From Alkaliphilus flagellatus (GTDB lineage: Bacteria; Bacillota; Clostridia; Peptostreptococcales; Natronincolaceae): a DNA stretch of 64,000 nt. Below the pieces are notes generated by a model, which saw only the letters and a list, made by a program, of their open reading frames with translations, had not been told where the DNA came from and did no database searches. A program made the translations under genes and the position numbers. Shown here piece after piece: positions 61,160-64,000 of this stretch (its first letter is position 1; every line of letters starts with the position of its first letter). The stretch lies in NCBI RefSeq assembly GCF_018919215.1, contig NZ_JAHLQK010000001.1:92430-156429 (forward strand). The letters run 5' to 3'.

Positions 61160-62585
61160 AACAATCAAAGGTAAAATTATTGGAGGCTTAGTATTAACAA
61201 GCTTAGTAGTTCATGTAATCACCAACGCTATAATATGGAAGGTGTTCGAAGACAATTTAGAAAAATACATTATTAATGATACGGATAAAATAAAAAGTAT
61301 GGTATTTAAAGAGATTTATGAACAGTATACATCAGATTTTATTGAGGACAGTGAGGATATTGAGGGATCACTACTACCTATATTAAATACAATGAATAGG
61401 GAGTATGATAGCTATATATCTATTGATTGGGATGAAAAGAATAACATAGCCTTTACCGGTAGGGAGTTAAATAATAATTATAAAAATAGTATTCTAATAG
61501 AAAGTAGAAAAAAGGATGTAATACTTTATACGGTTTTAGACAATCAAGTTTTCTTTGCTACCTATGCATATCCTATGTATATAGAAAATAATTATAAAGG
61601 AACTTTAGTACTCCAAAAAAATTATACGAAGGATTATATGGAGTATAGGAAAATAATGAATCAAATAATGGTAGTAGAAAGTATTTTGTATATAATAATG
61701 ATGCTAATCCTTTTAGTTTGGCTTACAAAGACAACTAAATCATTAAAATATTTAGCTAAGGGTATGGAGCTTGTTGGAGAGGGAAATTATACTAGGGAAT
61801 TAGAAATAAAGGGTAATGATGAAGTTGCTAATTTGACTAAACATTTTAATAGAATGCAGCATAAGATAACAAATCAAATGGAGCAGCTTAGTGTAGAAAA
61901 AAATAGAATAGAATTATTGGAAAAAAACAGAAAAAACTTTTTTAACTATGCAACCCATGAAATGAAGACCCCAGTTACAGCCCTTAAAGGCTATGGGGCA
62001 TTGTTAGAAGAAGGAGAATTAGAGGAAGAAACACAAAAAAAGATATATCAGAGAATTAGGCTAGAAGCAGATCGAATTCATAAGCTTGTTCAAAATATGC
62101 TAATTGTAGCAAGTGGTAAAGAAAAAACTAATCAAAAATATGAAAGCTTTAATATAAAAACCTTAATATTGGAAATGATAGAAGAACTTGAATTTATTCT
62201 AAATAGAGAGCAAGTAAAAATTGAAGTAGATATTAAGGATGCATATATATACGCTATTAAAGAAGAAATTAGAATCGCTTTTAAAAATCTTATAGAAAAT
62301 GCTATTAAATATAGTAGTGACAAAAAGATATATATTAAATCATACAATGAAAATCCCTTTAAAATAGCAGTATGTAATAAGTGTAGACCTATGCCAGAAA
62401 AGTTAAAGAACCATTTGTTAGAACCCTTTATCAAATACAATTATGAAGACTTAGAACTGGTAAGTTCAGGTCTGGGGCTATTTATTTGTAAAGAACTACT
62501 ATCTAAAAATAAGGCTGAAATAACTTATAGTATAGTAGAAGATAATATTTGTTTTAGTATAGAATTTATGAATTACCAATGTTAA
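61149..62585 (+). CDS. sensor histidine kinase
   Basis: 2 TM, HAMP-like region, H-box ATHEMKTPV and HATPase (GLGLFICKELL). Confidence 0.85.
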   Translation: MMIKTIKGKIIGGLVLTSLVVHVITNAIIWKVFEDNLEKYIINDTDKIKSMVFKEIYEQYTSDFIEDSEDIEGSLLPILNTMNREYDSYISIDWDEKNNIAFTGRELNNNYKNSILIESRKKDVILYTVLDNQVFFATYAYPMYIENNYKGTLVLQKNYTKDYMEYRKIMNQIMVVESILYIIMMLILLVWLTKTTKSLKYLAKGMELVGEGNYTRELEIKGNDEVANLTKHFNRMQHKITNQMEQLSVEKNRIELLEKNRKNFFNYATHEMKTPVTALKGYGALLEEGELEEETQKKIYQRIRLEADRIHKLVQNMLIVASGKEKTNQKYESFNIKTLILEMIEELEFILNREQVKIEVDIKDAYIYAIKEEIRIAFKNLIENAIKYSSDKKIYIKSYNENPFKIAVCNKCRPMPEKLKNHLLEPFIKYNYEDLELVSSGLGLFICKELLSKNKAEITYSIVEDNICFSIEFMNYQC

Positions 62586-62765
62586 TTGGATTTTTCATTG
62601 AAGAAAGAAAAAAGATAAGGGTCTATTAAGTTATTTTTTCTTAGCTGTTTTTTAGGAATATTGTATTTTACAATAAAATTGGTTATAGGATGAATATATA
62701 GATAAAATTATTAGAACTACAAGCAATAGTCAATATCTAAATTAAAACTATATAAATCATTAAAC

Positions 62766-62806
62766 AAATCGTCCCTTTATTTATTTTGAGGGGCGATTTT
62801 TTGTGT
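62766..62806. terminator. bidirectional terminator
   Basis: ATCGTCCCT...AGGGGCGAT followed by TTTTTTG. Confidence 0.45.
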
Positions 62807-62830
62807 TTACTATATTAATTTTCCTTCGTA

Positions 62831-63682
62831 TTACTCAAAGTTTGTTAGTTTATATTGTTTGGGGGTGACGAGATACTTATCTTTAAACAATCTGATGAAG
62901 TAAGAGATATTGTCGTATCCTAGTCGAAATGCCACTTCCGTTACGTTTTCATTTCTTAAATACTTTAAAGATAATGTCAGTTTTTTATTATTAATATAGG
63001 TAATAGGCGTGACTCCCACAGTTTTTTTAAACAGATGAGAAAAATTTGAGACAGACATATTTAATTCTTTTGCCAAATGATTGACGTTGATTTTGGTTTC
63101 TATATTCTCCTCAATATACCGTAAGGCGATACTGATGGGAGAAGAGCGGTTGCTTTTAAATATATTTAAAGGCATCTTTTGCTTTGCTAATTCAAATACT
63201 AATTTTTGTGCATATAAGTCAACGAGAAACGCATTATTCTTTTCTCCACTTTGATAGGCGGTAAACATATTGTTCATATCTTCATAGATATTAAAGCGAT
63301 TAGCACCTAAGAAGAAAGAATTTGTCAAATTCAAGCCTTCTTTCATGTCTTCATTTAAATTGATGCTATCCAGAACTTTACATACAAGATCGTTACTTAA
63401 CTCAAAAACCAGAGCTTTTGTATTTTGGCTGATCTCCATATGTACCTTTGTATTTGGGGCTAACAGGAGATAATTGTCTTTTGAATAAGTAATCTTTTTA
63501 GTATCATTTATCTTGATATTTTTTTCACCATCTAAAATCGTACAAAATCGTACATGTTGATAGGATCGATAATCATCACAATAGTTTTGGGGTAAATCAT
63601 AATATAAGATTTTCACATGGTCTGTTTCAAAACCATCTATAGTTTCTAGCTTTTTATCGAAACTACTCAACATACCTTTCAT
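62831..63682 (-). CDS. AraC family transcriptional regulator (cupin-like N-domain)
   Basis: C-terminal AraC HTHs (VNHLAKELNMSVSNFSHLFKK...VAFRLGYDNISYFIRLFKDKY). The ATG at 63682 follows a GGGAGG RBS. Confidence 0.75.
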   Translation of the reverse strand: MKGMLSSFDKKLETIDGFETDHVKILYYDLPQNYCDDYRSYQHVRFCTILDGEKNIKINDTKKITYSKDNYLLLAPNTKVHMEISQNTKALVFELSNDLVCKVLDSINLNEDMKEGLNLTNSFFLGANRFNIYEDMNNMFTAYQSGEKNNAFLVDLYAQKLVFELAKQKMPLNIFKSNRSSPISIALRYIEENIETKINVNHLAKELNMSVSNFSHLFKKTVGVTPITYINNKKLTLSLKYLRNENVTEVAFRLGYDNISYFIRLFKDKYLVTPKQYKLTNFE

Positions 63683-64000
63683 ATTTTCGCCTCCCATGGA
63701 TTCAAAAAACAATTAAATTATAAAAATATCGGTTAGTTTTTTTGTGTTGAGCCCATTATACTTTAAATAACAACTGCCACTCATAATATAACACATTGTT
63801 ATATTTTTAACCATACATTATTATAATATAATTTTAAGGTATATAATATATCAAATCGTGTACAATATATCAAATTATGTATAAAGAAAAATTAAATGAT
63901 ATGGTTAAGTAAAAAACATGATATTAAAATCAATGTTTTTATTGGTAATTCATCAGCCACAGAGAATATAAAAGAATAAGATCTCACTATACACATATTT

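Noticed and set aside
1-64000. Scan for rRNA, tRNA, CRISPR arrays, intact IS elements or integrases
   Set aside because: No cloverleaf-like GC-rich segments, no regularly spaced repeats, and no transposase or recombinase-like ORFs were seen. The only mobile-DNA trace is the decayed lysis cassette at 45.6-46.4 kb.

Overview
This is an AT-rich (roughly 30% GC) chromosomal segment that looks like a spore-forming Firmicute of the Clostridia type, with sigma-54, gerA-family receptors, splB, rubrerythrin and many Bce-type and two-component modules. It is gene-dense and mostly on the + strand. I found no rRNA, tRNA or CRISPR array.

Contents from left to right:
- A truncated pyrE, a phosphatidylserine decarboxylase gene (psd), and a complete MurNAc/GlcNAc catabolic island (murQ-murP-mupG-murR-nagA-nagB) behind a consensus sigma-A promoter with an overlapping palindrome.
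- Rubrerythrin, a YhaM-like exoribonuclease, an AraC regulator and a transglutaminase-like protein.
- A roughly 1 kb structured non-coding region (promoter, 7-codon leader ORF, hairpins) upstream of a DUF43/BpsA-like protein that has an N-terminal wHTH, a class-I fold with GDDD and DPPY motifs, and a C-terminal zinc ribbon.
- A two-component system (TCS), then a sigma-54 enhancer-binding protein (EBP), then upstream activating sequence (UAS) repeats and a -24/-12 promoter. These drive an unusual fusion gene: a peptide-deformylase (PDF)-like domain joined to an Asp/Glu-racemase-fold domain. This is my top candidate for an undescribed system.
- A BceRS-BceAB peptide-antibiotic resistance module, a YhdH oxidoreductase and a MarR regulator.
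- An ECF sigma plus DUF4179 anti-sigma pair, divergent from a gene for an SPFH protein carrying five tandem zinc ribbons. Two membrane proteins follow, one with a wHTH-like segment and a zinc ribbon. The arrangement resembles B. subtilis ydjGHI but lacks pspA.
- A DMT transporter, LysR, a methyltransferase, AraC/GyrI, splB and exoA.
- A consensus promoter with a roughly 335-nt leader in front of a UPF0316 gene, then an M42 peptidase.
- gerAA-gerAC without a B subunit, with an orphan gerAB about 4 kb away.
- A gene graveyard: an internally deleted amidase_3 endolysin, a nonsense and frameshifted phage holin, and a FAD-oxidoreductase fragment.
- An N/Q/S-rich repeat protein, an amidohydrolase, ftsH, an M50 protease, yeiH and a DUF1846 protein.
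- A BlaI repressor paired with an M56 BlaR1-like protein whose sensor domain is not a penicillin-binding domain, followed by a lipoprotein, another TCS and an AraC regulator.

Every family assignment below comes from reading motifs in the translated sequence. No database searches were run.
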